From the NCBI GenBank assembly GCA_045653805.1, contig JAZOMF010000084.1:1691-65690 (forward strand): a stretch of 64,000 nt of DNA. The letters run 5' to 3'. The notes under the pieces are model-generated. The model was not told the DNA's origin and searched no databases. It saw nothing but the letters and a program-made list of their open reading frames with translations. Positions 9,295-18,326 of this stretch are shown piece by piece (within the stretch, counting starts at the first letter, position 1; every line of letters begins with the position of its first letter). This DNA is from Eubacteriales bacterium (GTDB lineage: Bacteria > Bacillota > Clostridia > Oscillospirales > CAG-272). The translations under genes were made by a program, and so were the position numbers.

Positions 9295-9921
9295 TCAATC
9301 TTTAATGTGAACCTTATTATCTTCAACAACGATCTTGCCGTCGCAGAAGAGTCTTACCGCCTCGGGAAGAATCTTCCACTCGGCCTCCTCCATGATTCGT
9401 CTCTGGAGTATTTCGGGGGTATCTCCCTCCTTAACCTCTACCGCCTTTTGAAGCACGATAGGGCCTGCATCGCATTCGGGGGTCACGATATGTACCGTCG
9501 CGCCCGAAACCTTAACACCCTTGCGGAGCGCCGCCTCGTGGACGTAAAGACCGTAAAATCCCTTGCCGCAGAAAGATGGAATTAGAGCGGGATGAACGTT
9601 CAAGATCCTGTTGGGGAACGCCTCATAGACCTGCTCGTCGATAATGGTAAGGAAGCCTGCAAGAACTACAAGATCAATTCCCTCTGCCACCATAGTATCA
9701 GCCAGAGCCTTGGAGTACGCCGCAATGCTATCATAATCCTTGCGAGCGAGAACTCTGCCCTCAATGCCTGCATTTGCCGCTCTTTCAAGAGCGTAAACAC
9801 CGGGCTTGGATGCGATAACGAGGCTTATTTTACCTTCGCCAAGCTCCCCTCTCTTCTCGGCGTCGATAAGCGCCTGAAGATTAGTTCCGCCACCCGATAC
9901 CAAAACTGCAATTTTTGTCAT
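9295..9921 (-). CDS. purN: Phosphoribosylglycinamide formyltransferase
   Basis: MTKIAVLVSGGGTNLQALID N-terminus and the NVHPALIPSFCG motif. AAGGTGA RBS. Confidence 0.93.
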   Translation of the reverse strand: MTKIAVLVSGGGTNLQALIDAEKRGELGEGKISLVIASKPGVYALERAANAGIEGRVLARKDYDSIAAYSKALADTMVAEGIDLVVLAGFLTIIDEQVYEAFPNRILNVHPALIPSFCGKGFYGLYVHEAALRKGVKVSGATVHIVTPECDAGPIVLQKAVEVKEGDTPEILQRRIMEEAEWKILPEAVRLFCDGKIVVEDNKVHIKD

Positions 9922-9965
9922 ATTTTCACCTTTTCAAATGAAATTCATAATTTTATAATTACCGA

Positions 9966-10084
9966 GTTCGCTTAAGAAGCAAGCGAGGCAAGGCGTACCG
10001 CAGAAAGCAAAGCGAAGGCGTAGTTCTACCTACGTCGAGCTGCTTTCGAGGAACAACAAAGCATCGCGCCGCTTATTAACGAAC
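9966..10084. repeat. About 120-nt imperfect palindromic element filling the purM-purN gap
   Basis: Terminal arms GTTCGCTTAAGAAGC (9966-9980) and GCTTATTAACGAAC (10071-10084). Inner pairs are GAAAGCA/TGCTTTC and GCGTAG/CTACGT. One arm recurs at 6977-7002. Confidence 0.5.
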
Positions 10085-10087
10085 GAT

Positions 10088-11137
10088 TTATTCAAGAATC
10101 ACGCCTTCGTCGCCCTTGATGATTTCACCAATAACATATGCTGTTTCGCCATTTGCACGAAGAATTTCAAGCGCCTTGTCAACCTCAGCCGCAGGAACGA
10201 CAACGCTCATACCAACGCCCATGTTATAGGTATTATACATATCTCTCTCGGGAACGTTTCCTCTCTCCGCGATAAGATCGAATATAGGAAGAACCTTTAC
10301 GTCGCTCTTGTTGATCTTTGCGGTAAGTCCCCTCGGGATAGATCTCGGAATGTTCTCGTAGAAGCCACCGCCGGTGATATGAGAAATACCCTTAACATCA
10401 ACTTTTTCAAGCAATGCAAGAATGCTCTTAACGTAGATCTTGGTAGGAGTAAGAAGAGTTTCAGCGATGCTCTTGCCGCCCAATCTTTCGCAGGGAACGT
10501 AGAGAGAATCGGGGTTCTTGTCTATCTCAAAAACCTTACGGCAAAGAGAAAATCCGTTAGAATGAACACCGGTGGATGCGAGCGCGATAACAACGTCACC
10601 CTCAGCCATACGAGTGTTGTCAAGAATCTTCTTCTTGTCAACGATACCAACTGCAAAGCCTGCGAGATCGTAGTCCTCTACGGGCACCATGCCGGGATGC
10701 TCTGCGGTCTCGCCGCCGATAAGTGCCGCGCCCGACTGAACGCAACCCTCTGCAACGCCGCCGACGATAGCCGCAATTTTCTCGGGAATATTCTTTCCAC
10801 AAGCGATGTAGTCAAGGAAGAAGAGGGGCTTTGCGCCACAGCAGATAATATCGTTTACACACATAGCAACTGCGTCGATACCGATAGTATCGTGCTTGTC
10901 CATAAGGATAGCCATCTTAACCTTAGTACCGCAACCGTCAGTACCCGAAACGAGAACGGGCTCTTCCATTCCCGCAACAGGGAGACCGAAGCAACCGCCA
11001 AATCCGCCTACGTCATCAAGGCAACCCTCGTTCTTGGTTCTTGCAATGTGCTTTTTCATAAGCTCAACTGCCTTATAGCCCGCGGTAATATCAACGCCCG
11101 CTGCTGCGTAGCTTTCACTCTTAGAATTGTTATGCAT
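10088..11137 (-). CDS. purM: Phosphoribosylformylglycinamidine cyclo-ligase (AIR synthase)
   Basis: 349 aa with AAGVDITAGY and DDVGGFGG motifs and the AIR-synthase fold pattern. Confidence 0.95.
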   Translation of the reverse strand: MHNNSKSESYAAAGVDITAGYKAVELMKKHIARTKNEGCLDDVGGFGGCFGLPVAGMEEPVLVSGTDGCGTKVKMAILMDKHDTIGIDAVAMCVNDIICCGAKPLFFLDYIACGKNIPEKIAAIVGGVAEGCVQSGAALIGGETAEHPGMVPVEDYDLAGFAVGIVDKKKILDNTRMAEGDVVIALASTGVHSNGFSLCRKVFEIDKNPDSLYVPCERLGGKSIAETLLTPTKIYVKSILALLEKVDVKGISHITGGGFYENIPRSIPRGLTAKINKSDVKVLPIFDLIAERGNVPERDMYNTYNMGVGMSVVVPAAEVDKALEILRANGETAYVIGEIIKGDEGVILE

Positions 11138-11173
11138 AATTTATTTTCCTCACTTAAATTAATTTCTTTGTTA

Positions 11174-12601
11174 TTAGTCTTCTTTTCCTGTCCAGCAGTA
11201 GGTACAGATGCAATCGGCAGGAAGTCCGATCGCATCGATAATACCCTCAACCGACTGGAACTCAAGCGATGCAAACTTAAATCTTTCGCAAATCACTTGA
11301 CGAAGCTTTCTGCCCCTCTCGGTAGTACCGTCGCTGTATTCAGCAATATACTTAACTCCCTCGTCGCCTTCAAGCTCGTGAATAACTCTTCTGGCGATAA
11401 GCTCCATGGGACTGTTGGAGCGCGAGAAATTCAAATACTTACAACCGTACATAATGGGAGGGCAAGCCGAGCGCATGTGCACCGACTTAGCGCCATTTTC
11501 ATACAAGAACTCAACCGTCTCACGAAGCTGTGTTCCTCTTACGATAGAGTCATCTACGAAGAGCAGGTTTTTGCCCTGAATAAGATCGTGTACGGGGACC
11601 TGCTTCATCTTTGCAACCTTGTTTCGGTCGGTCTGCTTTGCAGGAGTGAAGCTACGGGGCCATGTAGGCGTGTACTTGATAAAGGGACGTGTAAAGGGGA
11701 GCTGACTTGCATTAGAATAACCGATAGCGTGAGGTGTTCCCGAATCGGGCACACCGCTTACATAGTCGATACCCTCGCAAAGACCGGCTTCTTTATCCGC
11801 TCTCGCCATTATCTGTCCGTTGCGGTAACGCATCACCTCAACGTTAACTCCCTCGTAGGTCGCCGTGGGATAACCGTAATAGGACCAGAGGAAAGCGCAT
11901 ATCTTCATCTTTTTGCCGGGAGCCAAAAGCTGAACGATTCCGTCGGGGCTTATCTCGACAACCTCTCCGGGGCCAAGCTCGCGCTCGTCCTCATAGCCAA
12001 GCTTCTGATAAGCAAAGGACTCAAAGGTAACGGCATAGCCGTCCTCGTCCTTGCCGATAAGAATGGGCAGTCTTCCAAGTTTATCTCTTGCGGCGATAAG
12101 ATTACCGCCGTCCTTCATAACAAGGATCGAAACCGTACCGTCAACCACGTCATTAGCGAACTTGATTCCCTCTGCGAAGCTGTCCTTCTGATTGATAAGC
12201 GCAGCCACCAGCTCGGTGGAGTTTACAACGCCGCCGGTCATAGCATTGAAATGACCCGTTGTGTGTGAGAAGTACTCTTTCAAAATGTAATCGACGTTGT
12301 TTATAATTCCAATCGTCGCAATAGCGTAAGTGCCAAGTTTAGAACGGATGAGAAGGGGCTGGGGGTCGCTATCGCTGATAGCGCCGATAGCGCTCGTTCC
12401 CTGCATCTCCTCAAAAACTCGCTCAAATTTTGTTCTGAAAGGCGAGTTAGAAATGTTATGTATCTCTCTTTGAAGTCCAAGCTCACTGTCATAGACCGCA
12501 AGACCGCCTCTCCTTGTTCCAAGATGCGAATGGTAGTCGGTTCCAAAGAACACGTCCGCCAAGCAATCCTTTCTCGATGAGATTCCGAAAAATCCTCCCA
12601 T
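11174..12601 (-). CDS. purF: Amidophosphoribosyltransferase homologue with a non-canonical N-terminus
   Basis: 475 aa with the PRPP loop [13 protein letters not shown] and C-terminal Cys residues ([15 protein letters not shown]). It occupies the purF slot of the operon. The N-terminus is [13 protein letters not shown] rather than MCG. GAGG RBS. Confidence 0.85.
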   Translation of the reverse strand: MGGFFGISSRKDCLADVFFGTDYHSHLGTRRGGLAVYDSELGLQREIHNISNSPFRTKFERVFEEMQGTSAIGAISDSDPQPLLIRSKLGTYAIATIGIINNVDYILKEYFSHTTGHFNAMTGGVVNSTELVAALINQKDSFAEGIKFANDVVDGTVSILVMKDGGNLIAARDKLGRLPILIGKDEDGYAVTFESFAYQKLGYEDERELGPGEVVEISPDGIVQLLAPGKKMKICAFLWSYYGYPTATYEGVNVEVMRYRNGQIMARADKEAGLCEGIDYVSGVPDSGTPHAIGYSNASQLPFTRPFIKYTPTWPRSFTPAKQTDRNKVAKMKQVPVHDLIQGKNLLFVDDSIVRGTQLRETVEFLYENGAKSVHMRSACPPIMYGCKYLNFSRSNSPMELIARRVIHELEGDEGVKYIAEYSDGTTERGRKLRQVICERFKFASLEFQSVEGIIDAIGLPADCICTYCWTGKED

Positions 12602-12640
12602 GGATGTACCTCTTTTGCTGAAATTTACGAAAATTAAAAA

Positions 12641-13135
12641 TTACTTGTTATACTCTGCCGCGATTGCCGCGTCTTTTTCTAATACAGCCTTAGCATCTGC
12701 CTCTCTCTTTGCCACTATCTTCGCGTCAAGCTCAGGATCAGAGATAGCAAGGATTTGCGCCGCAAGAAGAGCCGCGTTGGTCGCACCGTCGATAGCAACG
12801 GTTGCCACGGGAATTCCCGAGGGCATCATAACGGTGGAGAGTAGCGCGTCAAGTCCGTCAAGATTTGTGGACTTGCAAGGAATACCGATTACAGGAAGCG
12901 TGGTATTAGCCGCAACCGCACCTGCCAGATGCGCCGCCATACCTGCCGCCCCGATCATAACGCCAAAGCCGTTAGCCTTTGCATTTTTGGTGAATTCTGC
13001 CGCCTCAACGGGAGTGCGGTGCGCGGAATAAACGTGAACCTCATAAGGAATATCAAAAGACGCAAGTGTATCCAGTGCCTTCTTAACAACAGGCATATCA
13101 CTTGCGCTTCCCATAAGAATACCGACTTTTTTCAT
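12641..13135 (-). CDS. purE: 5-(carboxyamino)imidazole ribonucleotide mutase / AIR carboxylase family
   Basis: 164 aa with [22 protein letters not shown] and [11 protein letters not shown] motifs. GGAGG RBS. Confidence 0.93.
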   Translation of the reverse strand: MKKVGILMGSASDMPVVKKALDTLASFDIPYEVHVYSAHRTPVEAAEFTKNAKANGFGVMIGAAGMAAHLAGAVAANTTLPVIGIPCKSTNLDGLDALLSTVMMPSGIPVATVAIDGATNAALLAAQILAISDPELDAKIVAKREADAKAVLEKDAAIAAEYNK

Positions 13136-13190
13136 GCTTTAAGCCTCCAATTTATAGTCAAAAAATATTAGGTTAATGAAATTTCCGCCG

Positions 13191-13305
13191 AATAATAAAA
13201 AACGGCACACTTATCCCACTAGGGAAGAAGTGAGCCCAGACGGTCGGCAATATCGATCTCTGTTCCACCGTGGTTAAAGCCACTTATTCCGTCAGTCGCA
13301 GAAAT
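13191..13305 (-). promoter_or_regulatory. ZTP (pfl-motif) riboswitch with intrinsic terminator
   Basis: The minus strand reads GCGACTGACGGAATAAGTGGCTTTAACCACGGTGGAAC ... GCCGACCGTCTGGGC. A terminator follows: GGCTCACTT..AAGTGTGCC + GTTTTTTATT. The layout matches the GACUGGCG / ACCACGGGGA / CCGCCUGGGC signature. Confidence 0.8.
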
Positions 13306-13324
13306 CATACAAAATCACAATATT

Positions 13325-13353
13325 ATAATATCACATATATATTAAAAAGTCAA
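13325..13353 (-). promoter_or_regulatory. Sigma-A-type promoter of the pur-fhs operon
   Basis: Minus strand TTGACT (13353-13348), 17 nt, TATTAT (13330-13325), with TGA immediately upstream of the -10. Confidence 0.6.
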
Positions 13354-13420
13354 GACTTTTTTTTATTCCGAAAGCAAAAAAAGCACAATCGGAAAACACT
13401 ACAAAAAGCCTTGACCTTTA

Positions 13421-13882
13421 TCATTTTTTATTGTTGTTTTTGACTCGGTATTTTAGATTTTTCAAGAGAAAAATCACAGTGCACGCCAGGGCAACTCCCA
13501 CAACATATCCGCATACGTCTATCCAAACGTCAGTCAATGCCGAGCCTCTGTCGCTGAATATCTGTAAGGTCTCGTCGATAACCGGTATTAAGAGACCTAT
13601 AAATGCCACAAAGGAGTATACAAAATACGTTTTTTTAAACCAAACCTTCGATAGCCAAATCATCACAACGCCAAAAGCAAAAAATTCAACAAAATGACCC
13701 ATTTTGCGAACCGACAGACCGCCAACGGTCTGGTTCGCATCCCCTTCCCCAAGGAAGCTTGCTAAAAATTCTCCTACCGCACTGCTAAATTTACCGGATA
13801 CGTCGGGAGGCAAGAGTGAGTTCCCCAGAATAAACACCAGCACCAGAATGCACAGCACTCCAAGTATAATTTTTTTCATCAT
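13421..13882 (-). CDS. VanZ-like family membrane protein
   Basis: About 153 aa with 4 hydrophobic segments and VanZ-like motifs (RKMGHFVEFFAFGV, DETLQIFSDRGSALTDVWID). Start taken at the first ATG (13882). Confidence 0.7.
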   Translation of the reverse strand: MMKKIILGVLCILVLVFILGNSLLPPDVSGKFSSAVGEFLASFLGEGDANQTVGGLSVRKMGHFVEFFAFGVVMIWLSKVWFKKTYFVYSFVAFIGLLIPVIDETLQIFSDRGSALTDVWIDVCGYVVGVALACTVIFLLKNLKYRVKNNNKK

Positions 13883-13897
13883 AGCAATCAACCTGCG

Positions 13898-14680
13898 TCA
13901 GCACACAGGCGACATTTCAGAGAACACAAAGTCACCAAACTCGTTCAGTTTATTTATTGCATCTGCATTAAGCTTGCGTGAAATAACCTTGTATGCGTCA
14001 CCAATATTAGGTGCTCTTACGGTGTCGCCGTGACAATCCGACCCAATAAAATCTATTTGTCCTTCTTTAAGCATTTTAAGAACCTTTTTTCGGGTTTTTC
14101 CGTTCAAAAAGCTCTCGGCATTGCACTGTATTAAAAGTTCCTGAGCGAACATCTCATCTATAATTTCCCTTGACTGATAAGGAAAATATCGATCTAAATG
14201 CGCAATGACAGGAATAATCTCAAGTGCGGTTTTCATTTCAAACAATTCATCCAGCATTGTCTCGCTCCATCTTTCAAATGGCATTTCCACAAGCAAAATT
14301 CGCGAATCCGAAACACACATTTTCTTCATCCAATCACATCTTGAAATACCGGAAAAATAAGCAACCTCGGCTCCCAAATAAAGCGTGGGGTAATCATCCT
14401 TGTATGAGCTGTTCTGTTTCATTGCAGAAACCAATTTTTCCACTCCGGCACTTCTCTTTTCAAGAAATTCCTCGGGATTATATATGTGAGGATAAAAATG
14501 TGGTGTGGCAACTATGCGCTTGATACCTTGAGTCCTGGACGCCGCAAGCATTCGGAGAGACTCGTCAACACTTCCGCTTCCATCGTCTACACACGGCAAA
14601 ACATGGGCGTGAAAATCGGTATAAATACCGGAATCTCTAACACTTGTGGCATTATTTTTTTGCTTTTTCGTAAAAAACAT
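13898..14680 (-). CDS. CpsB/YwqE-type PHP-domain protein-tyrosine phosphatase
   Basis: YTDFHAHVLPCVDDGSGSVDESL and ATPHFY motifs. ATG 14680 is preceded by AAGGAGG at 9 nt and overlaps the LCP gene end by 29 nt. Confidence 0.85.
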   Translation of the reverse strand: MFFTKKQKNNATSVRDSGIYTDFHAHVLPCVDDGSGSVDESLRMLAASRTQGIKRIVATPHFYPHIYNPEEFLEKRSAGVEKLVSAMKQNSSYKDDYPTLYLGAEVAYFSGISRCDWMKKMCVSDSRILLVEMPFERWSETMLDELFEMKTALEIIPVIAHLDRYFPYQSREIIDEMFAQELLIQCNAESFLNGKTRKKVLKMLKEGQIDFIGSDCHGDTVRAPNIGDAYKVISRKLNADAINKLNEFGDFVFSEMSPVC

Positions 14681-15608
14681 CCAGCATGACCTCCTTGACG
14701 TGCTCTTCATCAACGTAGAACTCGATATATCCGCCTCTTCCGCATATAGCCTCGCCCTTCAGCGAAACAGTCTCACCCGCAGAATATTCGTTGATCATAT
14801 TGAAAAGCACTTCATATCCGGTGTCTCCCGCATCGTTGCAAACATATGGACGAACTTCATCGTAAATCTTTATCAAATCAGACTCGCTTAATTGTGCGGC
14901 GCTGATCTTGGCAAAAAAAGCCCGTAAAAACGCCTCTTGTCGCTTCATTCTCGTTATGTTACTGCCATCCTCCAGCTCGCTTCTTGCTCTGACATACTCG
15001 AGAGCCCGCTCGCCGCTATCAAGAAATACAGTTTCATTATCAAACGCAACTTCTACACCACCAACATAATCCACCAGCTTGCAGACCGCGTCCATTGTCA
15101 TTGACATATATCCGTTAAACTCCATTCCCAAAAAGAGCTTGGATACTGCCTTTTCGGTGTTTTTGCATTTCTGATTGTTGGTAACACCCTCTCCACCCGC
15201 ATATGAGTGAGACAGAGCAATCTGCTTATATACCACTCGATGCCCGCCAAAATCGTCATATTCATCAACTATAGCCATAGTATCTCTATTGATAGACACC
15301 ATCGTATAGGTTTTGGTATCGCTATTAAAGGAAAGCACCATTAAAAAGTCCGCCTGGCCCAAGCCGTCGTTTGCCGCCTCTCCGTACTTGTCGATACCCA
15401 TAATAAGATAATTTTTCACGCCTGATCTCGGATAGCACAGCTCACCATCAACATATATTGCATTCCAAGCATTTTCCACGTCAACGTTGCCGCCGTTCAT
15501 CTCGTTGCTGTACACCAAGTCGCTTATATAAAAAGCGGCGACGATTACCAAAGCAAGACATAAGACGAGCACAACAGATAAAACTAATCTTTTTCCGTTA
15601 TTGAACAT
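14652..15608 (-). CDS. LytR-CpsA-Psr (LCP) family protein
   Basis: N-terminal TM anchor, then NYLIMGIDKYG...QADFLMVLSFN...VSINRDT, typical of LCP phosphotransferases. Confidence 0.85.
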   Translation of the reverse strand: MFNNGKRLVLSVVLVLCLALVIVAAFYISDLVYSNEMNGGNVDVENAWNAIYVDGELCYPRSGVKNYLIMGIDKYGEAANDGLGQADFLMVLSFNSDTKTYTMVSINRDTMAIVDEYDDFGGHRVVYKQIALSHSYAGGEGVTNNQKCKNTEKAVSKLFLGMEFNGYMSMTMDAVCKLVDYVGGVEVAFDNETVFLDSGERALEYVRARSELEDGSNITRMKRQEAFLRAFFAKISAAQLSESDLIKIYDEVRPYVCNDAGDTGYEVLFNMINEYSAGETVSLKGEAICGRGGYIEFYVDEEHVKEVMLDVFYEKAKK

Positions 15609-15785
15609 ACATTCTCCGTTATTAACAATCTACAAATCCAATGATCCACAAGGATCTTCGGCTCGATCGACACGCAAGATGTACTCGCCGTTTATGATAC
15701 CGCTTAGGCAATCGCCACCGCAAATGCGCGCACTTACGCGCGATCACTATTTACTATTTATTATTTTTATTCCTAAATGTTGGAA

Positions 15786-16598
15786 TTATTTCTTGTTGGA
15801 GTTGTTCTGAGCAGCATTTCCGATGATGCCCTTCTTCTCAAGAACGTAGAATGCAACTATACCGAGAATAATAACAGCGGTGATGCTGAGAATTATAATG
15901 GTAGCAGTCAAAAGGCCGTTATCCTCTGCGTCGGTGTCGCCACCGGGAGCAGGAGTAGCCTCGCCCTCTTCAACGTGAAGGAATGCAACAGGACAGAGAT
16001 CGTCGAAAGTAACCTCAACGGTTTCAGCAGTAACCTTAACGTTCTCCTTAGGAACGATTACCCACTCATTATCAACCATATGAGCAACTACAAGCTTGCC
16101 CTCTTTTGCATTGATGTCTGTGTTATCGAACTTTACAGTAACAGAAGCATCACCTGCAAGCTTATCGGAGTTTGCAGCACCAAGGTTAAGTTCGAAAACG
16201 TGAGAAACAAAGTATTCAGGGTTAGCAATTTTAAGATTCTCGGTTACAAACTTGTCAACGTTTGCAATGCTCTTCTCTACACCATCATTCTTAAGTGCAT
16301 CATAAGCTGCGATGAGCGCGTTGCAAGCAGCAGCCTCTTCGCCCTCTGCGCCTGCAGATATCTTCTCCTTAGCCTGGTTGTAGGATACATAGAACATATC
16401 GTTTACAAGAACATTTTCTGTTGTATCATCAGAATTATTTATAACCGCACCAACGCCTTCGTTGACAGTGATTTCAGGAACGGGCTTCGCTTCAATACTG
16501 GGTGCAAAATCAGAATCCGCTGCAGATACGGAAACAACAGCAAAGCTCATACAGAACACCATTGTTATAGCTAACAGACAAACAACTAACTTTTTCAT
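15786..16598 (-). CDS. Hypothetical secreted, C-terminally membrane-anchored protein
   Basis: 270 aa with a signal peptide (MKKLVVCLLAITMVFCMSFAVVSVSA), an acidic body, a C-terminal TM segment (LLTATIIILSITAVIILGIVAFYVL) and a basic tail. AAGGA RBS. No family recognised. Confidence 0.65.
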   Translation of the reverse strand: MKKLVVCLLAITMVFCMSFAVVSVSAADSDFAPSIEAKPVPEITVNEGVGAVINNSDDTTENVLVNDMFYVSYNQAKEKISAGAEGEEAAACNALIAAYDALKNDGVEKSIANVDKFVTENLKIANPEYFVSHVFELNLGAANSDKLAGDASVTVKFDNTDINAKEGKLVVAHMVDNEWVIVPKENVKVTAETVEVTFDDLCPVAFLHVEEGEATPAPGGDTDAEDNGLLTATIIILSITAVIILGIVAFYVLEKKGIIGNAAQNNSNKK

Positions 16599-16673
16599 AA
16601 TATTTCCTTTCTCGACCGATCTTAGATCTTTACAAATAATATATTGTTTTTTTGCATCGCCACGCTTTGACGA

Positions 16674-17363
16674 TCAAGGGTGCACATAATAGGTAAGTTT
16701 ATTTCTAACAAAACCGTTGTAAACAAAACCAAGCACGTTGACATTTACAAGCTTGATCTGACGCATTGTTTCAATTACGTCACTTCTCCTTGTATGACCG
16801 TGACGAACAACAACAACCATTCCATCAATGTTTTTAGACATTGCAAGGGGGTCGGACACGGAAATAACAGGGGGAAGGTCAATGATAATATAATTGTATT
16901 CGCTACGGAAGTCTTCTATGAGCTTCTGCATTTTTTTCGAACCGATAAGCTCCGAAGGATTGGGAGGAATATCGCCCGAAAGCAAAACCGAAAGATTTTC
17001 TGCCAAAACTCCTCTTCTGATAGCACCATCCGGCTCTTCCGTTAACATATTAGACAATCCGGGAGATCTGGGAAGATCAAGAGTTTTGGATATAGAGGGG
17101 CGGCGCATATCGGCATCGACAAGCAAGACCTTATATCCCGCTTCTGCCAATGAATATGAGAGGTTGAGAGACGTTGTACTCTTTCCCTCTTGAGGGCAAG
17201 GACTGGTTATACCAATAACCTTGCCGGCATTATTATCCGGCAACGAAAATGACAAATTGGTTCTCAAAAGATTGTAGGCTTCAAAGGATGCAAAATCCAA
17301 TTCTCTGCCTATCTTCTGACCGTTTTTTTTGTCGACGCCTTTCTTTTTCTTTTTTTCAAACAT
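16674..17363 (-). CDS. CpsD/CapB-type BY tyrosine kinase (cytoplasmic subunit)
   Basis: Walker A ITSPCPQEGKSTTSLNLS and Walker A' VLLVDADMRRP. The C-terminus ends KLTYYVHP (only two Tyr). Confidence 0.88.
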   Translation of the reverse strand: MFEKKKKKGVDKKNGQKIGRELDFASFEAYNLLRTNLSFSLPDNNAGKVIGITSPCPQEGKSTTSLNLSYSLAEAGYKVLLVDADMRRPSISKTLDLPRSPGLSNMLTEEPDGAIRRGVLAENLSVLLSGDIPPNPSELIGSKKMQKLIEDFRSEYNYIIIDLPPVISVSDPLAMSKNIDGMVVVVRHGHTRRSDVIETMRQIKLVNVNVLGFVYNGFVRNKLTYYVHP

Positions 17364-17436
17364 TATTGTAATTCTCCGTTATTCACTTGTGAAAGCAAGA
17401 TACATCTACTGAAATTAAGCCTTTGAAGGAATAATA

Positions 17437-18228
17437 TTATTTAGATTCCTTCTCGTCACGTGTATCAGACGAATACCTATAGTATCTCTTGTATTTGTAG
17501 CGATAGTAATTTCTTCCGCCCGAATAAGAAGCATCGGGAATAGTTGCCAGAAGAGGCGCCTCTTCCTTGAAGTTTTTGAGTAACCACTCTTCGGAATCGA
17601 GCACATCCGAGCCAAGTCCAAGAAGCACGACGATAACAACACCGATAACTCCTCCCACAGCAGCGCCCACAACTACGTTTTTCTTAAGTCCGGACGCAGA
17701 AGCAGTAGCAGGAAGTCTTGGCGACTCTACCGACTGCACAACAGTACCTGAAATAATACGTTCCGTTTCATCTTCAAACACATCCTTGATAACGTTAGCA
17801 ACCTTTTGAGCCTCGTCAGGATTGGTACAGGTGACTGTAATTTTAAAGATTCTCGAATCCTCCACAGCCTGACAACTTACCATTCCATAAAGGATAGATG
17901 CGGTATAATTATCGCGATAATTTACCGTTTCATCGGCATTGAGTATATTGGCTGCCTTTTGAAGAGTATCGTGAGATTTCAAGATAAAGGGATAGTCTTC
18001 AAGCTGATATTGACCTGCGAGTATCTGCTGGTAAGAGGTCATGTTGCTTCCACTGTTTATAAGCATGGTAGCGCTGGACGAATATGTAGGCGTAACCATA
18101 AAATGGGTATAAGCAAAAGCACCCGCCACAGAAAGAACAACTGCGATCACAATGATCCACCAACGCTTAAGCAACATATCTATTATCTGCTTGACGTCAA
18201 CTTCGTACTTTGTTTTGTTTTCATTCAT
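17437..18228 (-). CDS. Wzz/CpsC-type chain-length determinant / kinase modulator with a Tyr-rich C-terminal tail
   Basis: Two TM segments flank a roughly 150-aa outer domain (Wzz-like architecture). The tail is SYSGGRNYYRYKYKRYYRYSS. Confidence 0.8.
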   Translation of the reverse strand: MNENKTKYEVDVKQIIDMLLKRWWIIVIAVVLSVAGAFAYTHFMVTPTYSSSATMLINSGSNMTSYQQILAGQYQLEDYPFILKSHDTLQKAANILNADETVNYRDNYTASILYGMVSCQAVEDSRIFKITVTCTNPDEAQKVANVIKDVFEDETERIISGTVVQSVESPRLPATASASGLKKNVVVGAAVGGVIGVVIVVLLGLGSDVLDSEEWLLKNFKEEAPLLATIPDASYSGGRNYYRYKYKRYYRYSSDTRDEKESK

Positions 18229-18326
18229 TATTATATAACTCCAAGCCGTGTTAAACAGGACATATCAATCGACAAAATATCTTTAAATGTGCCATGACAG
18301 TCCGATAATTATAACTACACTATTAC

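Noticed and set aside
10379-12268. 629-aa plus-strand ORF, together with similar long antisense ORFs at 627-1709, 7010-8293, 8205-9065, 21897-23159, 30545-31624, 34157-35200, 36635-37603, 37539-38825, 44998-45906 and 53832-55604
   Set aside because: Each lies opposite a gene with strong family identity and a proper RBS. The compositions are typical of antisense translation, and none has a start-site context.
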